From positions 53,818,001 to 53,882,000 of the forward strand of contig CM052816.1 in assembly GCA_028534125.1 (NCBI GenBank): 64,000 nt of DNA. Direction: 5' to 3'. Below the pieces are notes generated by a model. That model worked only from the letters and a program-made list of their open reading frames with translations, was not told the DNA's origin and ran no database searches. Below are positions 52,311 to 64,000 of this stretch, piece after piece. The translations under genes were made by a program, and so were the position numbers. Each line of letters begins with the position of its first letter. Position 1 is the first letter of the stretch. The DNA is from Lama glama (taxonomy: Eukaryota).

Positions 52311-55114
52311 GCAGGGAAAAGAAGGGGATTGAAATGAAAGTCTGTGTTATCTATGGGCAGACATTGGACTTGACATCAGGGGAGCTGAGTTTGTCTTGTC
52401 TGCCATTGTGGGGCTGCCTAGCTTCATCTACTAATCATGGCAGGATAAAACTACGTGTGCTGGTTGAAAAACAAATTTACCTTGTGCCTTTTTTTTCTTT
52501 TTTGAGAGAAGGGTCCTAAAGTAAGTTGTTCAAGAGATCTGTTGCTTCCATTTCTTAATTTATGACCAGCCTGATCTATCTCACGTAAGATGGTGATAGA
52601 ATAATAAAGTGGATATAAGGTCATCATATTGGTACTGCCATGCAAACACAACTTATCTGTCAGTTAATGTTGTTCAGTAGGAGGGGAAACGAACAAAAAG
52701 AAGCTTTTTCTATATAAATTTTTGGTTCTAAGTTTTGCTTGCTTTAATTGTTTTCTGCTTTAAATACTTCCCACTTTCCTGGGTGATTTTCTTCAGCAGA
52801 AATTGCTCTGTTTTATTTATGGATCACTTGAATTATTGAGATTACTAAAACACCAAAATATCATGCATCAGCTGCAACTTTAGCTTGTGCAGTGTGAAAT
52901 TTTACCTGACACGTCTGGTATCCACCAATACTCCCGTCTTGTCTTAATGTGTTCTTTTGTAATATATGAAACAACATAGGGTAACCTATTTTCCTATTGG
53001 AAAGACATTTGGTACAGTTGTGCAATTCTTACTAAAGCATAAAGTTTTCCTGTAACTTGTCTTGGTGGTTTGGAACTTAATGCCTGTTCTAATGATTAAA
53101 TTATAGTCAATTCTCAGTTAGCCTTACTAGTGCAGGGGAGACACAACTTGGAACCGTCTCTGTTTGACTTTAGAGGGCAGAGCTTGCAATCCTACTTAAT
53201 GTCCGCGTCCTCATACACACCTGTGACGTCTTGACACTTGTGATCCAGCCTGGTATTTGGCTCTGCACCTTGGTGGAGGAGCCTGTGTTACTACAAAACC
53301 AAGTGAATGAAATGCCTGTTTGTAGTTTAGAATAGGCTGTGCTCTCTTAACCTGCCTCACAAGACTCACTGTACTTATTGAAGATGTTTTACATTTGCTC
53401 TTTTATAGTTAGGGTATGACTATAGTAGTGTTTTAAGTTTTAGAAGGCTTCCAGGTAATAATACCTAGAGTTATTTGTATTTTTCATACAGAAATTGATA
53501 AAAATGATTATCCTGCCAATGTAACATTTTTTGCCATATTTTAGGCTTAGTAACAGTTAAAACAAACAGTCATGAGTAGAATCCGCACTAATGTCTTTCT
53601 TAATTTTATTTAAAATGAATTAGCAATTACTGTGTATAATAACAGAAATTAACAGTTTACCACTTTGAGTTGTATTAATGTTTTTGACAGTAGTGTTCAG
53701 TATTATATTACCCTATGGGATGAATGTGTTTATATATCTAAGCTTATATACAGTATTTAATAGTTAGCAATAAAATTGAAATCTCTGTGAAACTTTTGAA
53801 TGACTTCTCTGTTCTTCTGTGGTAGTTGCTTTTTTTAAGTTTATGAAAAAAAGAACCAAAGCCATTCTTGCATTTATTAATGGTAATCGGCTTAAGGTTA
53901 CTTTAAAAGAACGAACATGAAGAGCATTTTTGAACATTAGTATTTTAAGAAATTAAAAATTTCAGTAAATTATTTTTGGCTAGCCTGCCTATGTTCTATT
54001 TAATTTTTCAGGGTCTTTTATTTCTGGGAGGACTTTTTAATAAGCTTTAGAGTCTTCCCTCTGACCATTCAATGAAAAAAGTTCCCATTGTCTAGTTTTA
54101 GGATAATCTACCCCTACTAATCTTTACAATTTGAATATTTTTTACATTAAATACCAAGTTAAAAAGCCCCTAATATAAGAATTAGCTAAGAAAAAGTGAA
54201 TCTTCATTAATATGCAGAAGTGTGTAATAGTATAAAGTAGAAATTTTAATTGAGGATGTAATAGAAAATGGTTTCTAACACATTAGCAGAAAACGCCTCC
54301 ATTAAGAAGAAGTCAATTAAAGGAGCACAAGTTTTATGGAATTCACTTCAAAAACCAGGGGCATTTCCAATAGAGTTAACCGCTTTTAAAGACCAATTGA
54401 GAAAGCATAACTACTTTTAGATTATGTGACATTTAGTTTTGATTTTCTAAATGAGCCATAGTATCACAAAGTTAACCAGTATACTATTGAAAGGCTTAAC
54501 TCTATCTGCATTTCTGTGGTTGGTACTGACTGATTGAAAAAGCTGCTCTTTGAGAACAAAACCGTCTTACTGAGATCTACAGGGTTATGGTCATTGTGCC
54601 ACGCTGCTGTTTTCCAGATTACAGTTACCACATGCTAGGGGGTAATACAGAAATGAGAATCAAAAAAAAAAAAATCACCAAAAAGCGAGGCATTTATTAA
54701 ATATACAGCCAAATATCTTCATATCCTCTGTTAATCATTTTTAAATATATGAGACATTGTAAGTCTTAAAACATATTATTTAATAAAACAATACTAATAA
54801 AATATATAAATAAAGTGTATACAAAGGGCAGAATGAACAACAGTAAACCAGTGTATGAATGGACTGAAAAGTGAAAAGATGAAGATTTTATGTGTTCTCA
54901 GGGAGATTAAGGAGACTAGCAGTGGGAATCCTAGGTTTATCCAGGGCCGGGAAAAATTTCTTACGCTCCTCTTAGAAAGAAATCAAGTAAGGGTTTACGA
55001 AGGAGGTTTGTTCTCAACAACGTAGAAACTGAGGTGCATTTGCTTTAATTGTATTACTTGTCCTCTGATAAACTAATATACAGTGACCAAAACAGAGAAA
55101 GCCAAAAATCTATA

Positions 55115-55265
55115 GCTTCAAAATCTGTACAGAAGAACCATGTGGGAGTTTGCGTGAACTCAGATTCCTGGGACCCACATGCAAAAACTCAGACTCAGAG
55201 CATCTGATACACAGCCGGGGAATCGCATTTTAACCAGCACTCCGAGTGCTTACAGGCTGCCCTGA
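55115..55265. mobile_element. MER5-like hAT fragment
   Basis: cagattcctgggacccac...gactcagagcatctg...ggaatcgcattttaaccagcactcc. Confidence 0.65.
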
Positions 55266-56647
55266 ATTGTCAAGAGTTAATGATAGCCACATGGTACATT
55301 TTAAAAAACATTTTTCTGTGTTTATGTATTTCCTTTTTACCGATTAGTCGTTAGGGATTACCAGTAGAACAAGACGTTTGATTTAGTTTTTCCTTATGTC
55401 TATCTGGCATGCTCCATCCAGCAAGAGAGTATATTGTTAATAAGAGTAGCATATGACAGTGGTGGCGATGAAACAGTCTGAGACCATAAGTAAAAGTTTA
55501 TCTCTCAGCAGTCTCAGCATTCTGCATTTTAACCCAGTTTCTAGAATTCTGATATCATAGACAGTAGTATTGTTCCAAAGAGTTGCCCTACAGCCTACTC
55601 ACTTTGCCCTTTCATGAACAACAAACTGACCTTATGAGGGGAAAGGTAGTAGTTGAGTGAAAACAGAAAACCTTGTCTCTGCCATGATTCTATTTTAGTT
55701 CTTAGCTTATTCAGTAAGACCTTAGAACAGCCCTCATTATTAAGTTGTTTTCAGAACTTACATTCCTATTTCCCCCATGTATCTTAATCTGCGGTTTGGA
55801 TTCTGTTTACCCTGTCACTTTCTTAATTTGCAAATTGTGAACATATACAACTTGTAAATAATTGCAATCCCAGTAGAATAAGTGTTTTACTGTTGTAGCT
55901 GAGGTCCTTAACTATCAGAAAAGTCTGGTGCTGTGAACGGAATAGTGAATCCATAGCAGCCTGGCAACCAACTTTTTAATTTAACAGCACACTTAGGGAC
56001 ACTTTATTGTTCCAAGATTAAAATAATTTTTTTATTTAATTAAAGTAAATGTAAAAAACAACTTGTTTCATTTCTAGGCCTTAAATTCACCCAGGGAATC
56101 ACTGTCATATACATGTTTAATGGTTATTAATACGGGAAATACTGGTATATACTATTGTTTCTATCCTAAATTACCTATATGGTGTAGCTCTTTCATTCAG
56201 TGTTTTCTGAAGACCTTTGTGACAGATTCTGTTGGTGCATGGATTACAGACATGAATGACACAGGTACTTCCTGGTGGAGCTTTGATATTTTCCTTTCTT
56301 CCATTCTTAGGTTGATCAACTTTGGCGTTATTGTTTTTGTTTGCTAGTTGTTTTATTTCTTTTTCCCTCCTAACTGTGGAATATTTAAGTAGTAGGTAAT
56401 TTTGAAGGACCGTAATGAAAAAGAGTAACATTTGATGTCTTGGTGCCCTAAATGTATAAGCCCTGATACTATTGTCGACCATACTTCATCTATCTTAAGA
56501 CAAAATTTTTATCGAAAAATGTTAATATGAAGATACAACATGTTATCAGGCTTCAGTCTTTTCTACAATATGACAAATGTGGAATCACAAACAGGACTTA
56601 AGATTTGTGGAACCTGCTTCGTGATCAGTTTTTTTCAAGTTGGTGGT

Positions 56648-56666
56648 TGTCCACTAGAGGGCAGCA
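56648..56666 (+). promoter_or_regulatory. Candidate CTCF binding site
   Basis: TGTCCACTAGAGGGCAGCA closely matches the CTCF core CCACYAGRKGGCR. Confidence 0.7.
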
Positions 56667-58929
56667 CTGCTTCTTTATCTGACTGCTTTGATCTCTGCAG
56701 GCTCTGTGAGCAGCATTTCATTGAAAAGCAAATGTGGACCCCAGTTAATTTTTACACAGAAAGCATATTTGGATAGTTTAGAAATAACCAAACTGCACGG
56801 TTGATTTTTGCTTTAAAACATTCTGTATTTAAGTTTTATTTAGGTTCACTGTGAGATAACATTCTACATTGCAACAGTTTTACTAATAGGAATATATAAA
56901 TATTTTCATGTAAAAATGAAAGAAAGCTATTCTTGATTTTCCTTCTGGGCTGACAGTTTTATAAGGAAACAAAGAGAAGAGGGAAAGAATTTATTTGTTT
57001 TACTCTCTGGTTTTCTCTTGTTAAGCCCCATCCCACCCCACACCCACCAAAATGCTCTGAAAACCAAAAATACTCTGAAATAACTGGAATGTTTTGTGTC
57101 TTCTTTGACAAAGTGCACTTAGATTTTCTTTTAGCTTTCCTGTATAAAAAGAGTGAATGCATTGTTGACAACATAGCATGGGGAATCATTTTTTAATACC
57201 AGTTTGAAAGATTAGAATAGAAAAAAGAATCCTAAATTATAATGGTAGCTTATTTTTTTTGTTTCAACTTTTCTCACCAGAATGTTAAAGGGAAACACTA
57301 TAATGCTGCTGGCTAGTTTTTTTCAAATAATAGGGGAAAAAATACATTACTTTGGATAAATTCTCTGAACTTGAATCACATGTAAATTTTTTTCTCAGTA
57401 TTCAGTGGTGTAATGGGCTTAACTTCAAAATGCATTTTATAGTCAACAAACTGGGATTTTTTTTTTACAACTTAAAAATTCTCTGCCTTTTTTTAATGTT
57501 ATACTATATTAACTCAAAATTACAAGGATTTATCATTTTCAGTCCTTTGGAAAATAATACTTCAAATCACTGTGCTTTGGTATTTGATGTTAGGAGGCTT
57601 TTTGAAACCAGTATTTCTTACATATAATCATTGTGTGACTTCATTACACATTTGTCAACTTTGGACTAATTATTTTTATACAGCTAAGGCAGGGCACTGC
57701 ATCTTGTGATCGTCTTTCTTACTAATAGGATTCTGTCTGCATCAGCAGGCAGTAATTGAAGGCTTCATGTACAGGGTAGGGGAAAAAAAAGTTTTAGCCT
57801 GAGTGGGCCATTGTCACAGCTTCTGGTAACCAGTAGAACAGAAAACACGAGAAAATTGAACTCAGAATAGAAAAATCAGAAACCAGGAAGACCATCCAAG
57901 AGAAGAAAAAGCATGTCTTAGAGCTGTTGCATTACGTGTAGCAAATACGATTCTGCGTAAAAAAAAATTTATGTTTGTGCATACCCTGGAGATTGAAGCG
58001 ACTGCTCAGATAAATATTTTTTAATTTATGTTGTTCTGTTAATATTTTGGTTATTAAAACAATTGAGTTGTAAGATTCTTTTCTGTCCAACAAAGAGCAT
58101 TTATATAGTCCATAGCCAACTTCTCACAAATCTAAAAAAAGTATGGTTTAATAACATGAGGGAATAAGTCCATGATTGTTGATACTATATTTGTTCAAAT
58201 TTCTTATTATTTGACTTGTTTCCATAATTTTGTCAATAGTTAAAACAGATTAACTTTTTTAGGAAGTGATGCATGCTTTCATTTAGGTTTGGCAACCAGC
58301 TTGTTTTGTCTTTTTCTTTAAATCATAGAAATTCTTATAGGCTTCAGAGATTAAATGTCAATTGCTAGAGATACTAGACAAAAAGACATTTAATAGATGA
58401 AATACAGATATATCCAAACAGTTTTTTACCTTCTCAGTTGGTGATTACAAATAGCAAGTGCTTGGTGGTAGAACGAAAATGAAAAATTATGAAAAATACC
58501 TAGATGGTATCCTTTTAATAACAGGGAGCCATCGTACAGAGGCAATACATCTTTACCTGTCATCCACTTATTTGTTCTCATTTGTGGTGTTACTGGCGTT
58601 CGAGGTTGGTTGGTCTCCCAGTAGTCCCTCCCCGTGTTACAGCTCCATTCAAGGTTTTGTATTTTCCATTGCTGGTATCTCTTTTGAAGGAGTCGGGGTG
58701 GGGGGATGTTTTTTAGCGTTTTTTTGTTTTTTTATCTTTAAAGGCACAAATTAAAATGTTATGACAAAGGATCAAGTCAAGATGCTCTGAATTACAGAAT
58801 ACTACAGATCAAGTACACTTCTTAAAGTTTTTGGAACAGTAATAGATTATATGCCTATTAGGTAAATAAGAAAAACCTTTCTTTATCTGCTGACTTGATA
58901 AAAACGAAATAGTAAGAGTACATTTTGCA

Positions 58930-59160
58930 TATATTGAGAGAATGTTGAGTGATCTAGAATCATAATGCTTGGGTTCAAATTCTCGCTCAACCTTTCACTG
59001 GCTGTGAGTCCCTGAGCAAGTTTCTCAGCTTCTCTGGGCCTCAGTTTCCTCATGTATAAACTGACCTGACTCATGGAATCAAATGAAATAATGCAAGTGA
59101 AGTACTTAGTACCCACTGCACAAAGCACTTAGTACGTGGTGGCTGCTACCCTCATTGTGG
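58930..59160 (+). mobile_element. MIR SINE
   Basis: cttgggttcaaattctc...ctgagcaagtttctcagcttctctgggcctcagtttcctcatgtataaa. Confidence 0.85.
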
Positions 59161-60453
59161 TGGTCAAACACTTCACAGGTCTTCTGAAGAAATTGTGTCA
59201 CGATGTGATCCTAGTTTGAGGCCAAGTACAAAGGTTCGTTCTAATGTCAGCCATTAAATGTAGTCTAAAGTATTTGACCCAGGCTGTCTTTATTATCAGC
59301 GTTTCTTACATCCAGCACCTAACTATTTGTTATTTACTAACTAGTTCTCTTTCCATAACTATCTCTTAAATACACGTTAAAGCACAGCCTGTTTGGGAGG
59401 TAAATGATTAATAAATTGGGAGGAGTGGCGGCCACTGCTTTCCATGGACCAAAACAAACCAATTGTAATCACGCTGTGTTCCAATTAAATACATCCTTTT
59501 TGAACTGTGAAATGAGAATGTCAGAACATCTGAGCTTCTCATCTTCTGCTTTAAAACACTGCCCCACCATTTGTGCCCACTAGAACATAGAGACCTAGTT
59601 CAGAGGTGCTGGTTTCCCACCCGCTAACAGATTCATTGCTAGGGTGATTTGCAGTGTAAACAAATGCCCCTTTTCTTATCCGCTCCTCTTATCTACAGTG
59701 TTGAGAACTTTGTGGTACTAGGATCTTAAAAACATGTACAAGATATTAATTTTAATCTCTGTAAATTAGTGACATCATACTGACATCAAAATTGACATTC
59801 GTCTCTGCTGAGTTTGCATTATTGTAACATTAACTCTAAAGTTTTAGTGGAAAAGAGAGAAAAATATGCCTGGGGGGCTGTGACATTCAAACAGCAGGGC
59901 TTTTGAGTTCCTGTTTGGATACAGTCTCCTTCCGCCAGGTCCCGAGGCACAGGTGTTAAGTAAATAACTATTGTTGACGTAATTACAACCCCGTCAGAAA
60001 TAGGGACCTCTTTTGAAATATTTGCTGAGTGAAGATTTGATGATGACCAAATCCGAGGGGAAAGTTGCATAAGGGAGTGAGACAGTAGAGCCAGCCAGTA
60101 TCTATCATCTGCCGACGTAGTTTAACAGAAGTACAGAAACAGGGCTCTCCCATGAAGCAGAAGAACCTCAAAAATTTGGACAAAAGAAATGCAGAAACCA
60201 GCAAGGGGTGATTAAAAAAAAAAAAAGAGGCCACGTGGGGGCTGGTGATCTTGTGTTCTCTCAAAGATGCGGCTGAGGTGCCCAGTTCCTCATCTCTTGT
60301 GTGGGCGTCCGAACAGCAGATGTGTGTGTATGTTCCGAGCTTTACAAAACCTCTTTCAAAACATTGGTATGATCTCTGTTCCTAAACTGGTTACTTATAA
60401 TTGCTTCTCGCAGTAGAAAAACTGCTTTATCGGGTTCCTTACGAGTCTTCAGT

Positions 60454-60515
60454 GTGTTTGGAGAGAGTAGGTTTACGTGTTTGGAGAGAGTAGTTTTACA
60501 TGTTTGGAGAGAGTA
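60454..60515 (+). repeat. 23-bp tandem repeat, ~2.7 copies
   Basis: gtgtttggagagagtaggtttac / gtgtttggagagagtagttttac / atgtttggagagagta. Confidence 0.9.
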
Positions 60516-62206
60516 CACAAATAAATGACTAGGAAGGTTTCTAACATACTTTATCTACAACCCATTAGCTAACATTTTAAAACTCAACTTAAAAGGATTG
60601 GTAATCTTTTCAGTTTAGTAAAATTAATGTATTTGTTTTGCTTTTGATGCGTGATTCTAATTATTGTTGGAAAACTGATTTTCATGTTTCTGTTTGGGCC
60701 AAAAGGGGCTTGTTAGGTTCCAAAAGAGAAAAGAAAAAAAGGATCTAACATGTTATGAGATCTTGATGTCATTTAAAGAAACAAAAACTCAAAAAAGAAA
60801 TTACTTTTCATTTAAAGCGAATCTGCTTCCTGCTTAAGTGGCTAATATTTTAATTAAGTCGGGAGTGAAGTTTTTCTGAGTGTCTCCTGATAAACTCCCT
60901 CTTTTATGTTGATGGTAATTAAACAGATCCCTGAGGACGCTGTGGGCTCTGTGCAAGGCCCATGCTAATTGTCAGACATGAGACCCTGACCAGTTGGTTT
61001 GCTGTTGAATAGTCCGCAGCGTGCTGTCAGCGCAGCAGTCTTATTTTTCAGTATTGTGGGCTGTTGTCAGGGCTAACTGGGTGCCATTGTGGCTGAAGAT
61101 GTTGCGCAAATTGAGGCAGATGGCTCAGGTTCAGACACGTGTCCCGCAGAAAGGGGAAAAGGGATTGGCCCTGCAAAGTGGGGTCACAGCAGGTCACAGA
61201 CCTGCTCTACACTTGTTAGTGTTTTCAAAAGCTCATGTGCAGCAACTTTGTTTTTCTCCAATCATCCCTGCAACTCAACCCCCCCACCCCCCACCCCCAA
61301 AATGTGCAGAACATGCTGCATGTGGAGGATGGAGGCCTGGGAGGGTCCCGTCCTCTTCCTCCACGTCTCGGGCTCAACTGTGCAGGCAGAATGAATTAGC
61401 CGGATTGACAGAAGTTTATTGTGCCTCCAACAGCTTTTCAGTCAATTGCAGTGCTTAAAGGGCTAGTTTTGCTTTTAATTCCATGTAATTAGTAGGTTCT
61501 TCATGTCTTGGAATTCAGTAATAGAGCCTTAGACCTCAAGTTTCCTCTGTTATATTCTAAAGCAAAAGGAAGATATGCTGTTCCAAACATTAGAAAAAGT
61601 ACAAAAAGAAGGAGTGTGATGCTGCACGTGGTTTTCTTACATGTCGTCAACGTTAGAGACAGAAGCTGAATATTTTAACGTGTGAATTCAATGAAACTTG
61701 TCAAGAGTTCACTAATGCACATAAAATTATCCAATTTTTTTTCATAATCTTCAGAGATGAGGAATTAAAATTTCAAGCTCTTTGAGAAAGGTGCCTTTTC
61801 TTACTTAACATGTTTTAAAGTTAAAAAAGAATAGTTTATTTTAAATGGTCCTGTGCATGGTGAAATGTTAAATTTCAAATGAATGAATGATTCCCAAATA
61901 TATAGTAACAGAATTATTCACATGCATCTGCTGTTCACACTAATAAGTAAAAGAGGCCTCCTTTTTCTGTCCTGTTCCAAAGAGATGCACTAAAATTACC
62001 TGCTTGTGGTTAGCATGATGCTGGGCAGTTTATTGATTTTTTCAGAAGAAGCTGGGCTTTGAGTTTGTGGCAGTAGGGAACCTGTAATAAATTATCGAGA
62101 AAAAAAAGAGTGATTTTAAACCTATTTGAATGTATGCTGTCTCCTTTTTCTTCCTCATGATAAAAGGTCTCTCCGTTTTGTTGTTGTTTTTTTTTTTTCT
62201 CGCCAG

Positions 62207-62360
62207 GTTTGCAGCTAAAACTGTGCACAGTGGGTCATTGATGCTAGTCACAGTGGAACTGAAGGAAGGCTCTACAGCACAGCTTATCATAAACACTGAG
62301 AAAACTGTGATTGGTTCTGTTCTGCTGCGGGAGCTGAAGCCTGTCCTGTCCCAGGGGTAA
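62207..62360 (+). CDS. AP3B1: AP3B1 terminal coding exon: (R)FAAKTVHSGSLMLVTVELKEGSTAQLIINTEKTVIGSVLLRELKPVLSQG*
   Basis: Long T tract plus cgccag acceptor. TAA stop at 62358-62360. Matches the known AP3B1 C-terminus (ORF 62130..62360). Confidence 0.97.
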
Positions 62361-62918
62361 CCTGCTTACATCTGGACTTCAGAATCTGGCACACAACAAA
62401 AGTGCCTGGCATCCACTACTGGTGCCTTTCATTTATAATAATAGCCCTTCCATCTGGCAGTGGGGGAAGAATACACTCTTGACATTCTTGTCTCCTGCTT
62501 TAGAATGCTAGTGTGTGTCTATCACGTATGCAATACTTTCCCCCTTTTCGCTTTGCTAACCAAAGAACATATATTTTACTGTCAGTTATCTCAACTCCTA
62601 AATCCATGTGGCATTTTCTCTGTGCTGCTACTTCTTCTGGCCTCCTCGGCTTCCTTCTCTCTTTCAACAATGATGGACATGAGTTGGATATTTAAAGTTC
62701 ATTGGAAATCCTCTTCCCTCCCGCCTTAAGCAAAATTTAAACTGGAAATAGTCTAAATGGCGTCTCAGCTTGGTATATGAAAATGGGGTGATAGCATACT
62801 TTTTTAGAATTAAATTCAAAAACAACGATTTGTCTGCAAAATTTTTTAATGAATTTCCTGCTGTTATAATTGGTTATTGACAATTGTCGTCGTGAAATTA
62901 TCTCTGAATAATAAGATG

Positions 62919-62924
62919 AATAAA
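62919..62924 (+). terminator. Candidate polyadenylation signal AATAAA
   Basis: AATAAA followed ~20 nt later by a U/GU-rich tract (tttgtctttgtatttt). Confidence 0.65.
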
Positions 62925-63011
62925 CCAGCATATGAATAACATTTGTCTTTGTATTTTTAATGAGATTGTTTTTAATCCTGAAGTTCATATGCTGAGGTTT
63001 CTTTATTCTAA

Positions 63012-63017
63012 AATAAA
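63012..63017 (+). terminator. Second candidate polyadenylation signal AATAAA
   Basis: Canonical hexamer ~90 nt downstream of the first. Confidence 0.45.
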
Positions 63018-64000
63018 TATTTTTAGTGTTATATTATGCAGAGAAACAATGGGGCTTAGTGAAAGAAAAAACGCTTTCAAACCACATAGATTTTCTACTT
63101 GTACTGTAGTTAATTAACTCAAAAAAAAGGTTGATACGTTTAATAACAAAAACAAAAATCTTCATGTCTCTTTATGTATGATTTTGATCTGTTAGAAGAG
63201 ATCTGATTACAAGACCTATTACAACTACTGGAGAAATTCTTTGAACCTCATTGTTCCTTTACAGATCTTGATGCCCAACTTTGATGGACTGACATGCCTT
63301 TGGAAACTAACCTAGTATAAACTAAATGATAGAAATCTTAAAAACTAGTTACATGATCTACCTTTTAGCACTTTTCCCTACATTTTATTTGCTAACTTAG
63401 GCAAGTGACTGTTTTCATTAAGATTGTTCTATAATCAGAAAATTTTCTTCCTAATACTTTTAAAACCAGCTGCAGTTGTATTTCCCTTTCTGATACAAGG
63501 TAGTAACAGGCTTGAAGGCAGTTCCCTTTGTGTAGAACCACATCATGATTTTTTTAAGTAAAAAGAAAGAGAAGGTCCATTGACTGAAACATGGTAGAAC
63601 ATATATCAAGGGTAAAGAACAGAATGAAGCATTCTTGGAACATACAGGTTGTGAAAAAAATTATTTAGATTTTTAAGGTTGTGAGCCAGAGACAGCAAAC
63701 AAAATTGTTAAATTTTCCTTCTCCTGAGAAACAGCAGTTCATCTGGGTGAAGTATTTCTGTGGCAGTCACGTTCTGCCTCCCTCTGGAGACGTGTGCACT
63801 GCGATAGTCCTGACTTCAGGAAGCATCTCTGTGGTGGCAGCCCTTTGGCATTTCCACTATTAACCCTATTTCTTAGGGCTTTAAAACTTTGCATTTTTAA
63901 GTCAACAACTTTTTGAAACATTATAAAGAATTTGACAGACTAAATAGCTGTTTTCTGAAAAACATTTGTACTTACTGTCATCAACGCAGAGGGGGAAATG

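Larger units (their letters stand above)
62361..63040 (+). other. AP3B1: AP3B1 3' UTR (end approximate)
   Basis: Follows the stop codon, shows no recognisable repeats, and contains ATTAAA (62809) and AATAAA (62919, 63012). Confidence 0.75.

Noticed and set aside
61021..61458. Longest ORF (145 aa) in a GC-richer patch
   Set aside because: Non-ATG start, no recognisable homology and no splice support. Its length is explained by local GC content.
2025..63921. Most ORFs in the six-frame track (60-145 aa)
   Set aside because: Short, low-complexity or repeat-derived, with no recognisable domains. Only the ORFs overlapping AP3B1 exons (29212, 33690, 62130) and L1 ORF2 (24585) have support.

Overview
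Mammalian genomic DNA, most likely a camelid judging from its tRNA-derived SINEs. The window holds the 3' half of AP3B1 (AP-3 adaptor complex subunit beta-1/beta3A) on the + strand. Six coding exons (1090-1196, 29188-29419, 33796-33880, 45825-45922, 51215-51353, 62207-62360) splice in frame to give the hinge end and C-terminal appendage domain, ending ...ELKPVLSQG*, followed by a 3' UTR with poly(A) signals. The introns contain ordinary interspersed repeats (L1, L2, MIR, MER3/20/58/94/5, MLT1, a MER21-like LTR and camelid SINEs) and long TE-poor blocks that look like enhancers. Main things worth a second look: (1) a candidate 9-nt frame-preserving microexon at 47179-47187 with SRRM4-type UGC motifs; (2) a ~210-bp, ~97% identical inverted duplication flanking the 85-nt exon; (3) a tandem array of imperfect ~90-nt hairpins at ~16.25-16.58 kb; (4) a near-consensus CTCF site at ~56650. 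Repeat family names are by-eye calls against recalled consensus sequences, not search results.
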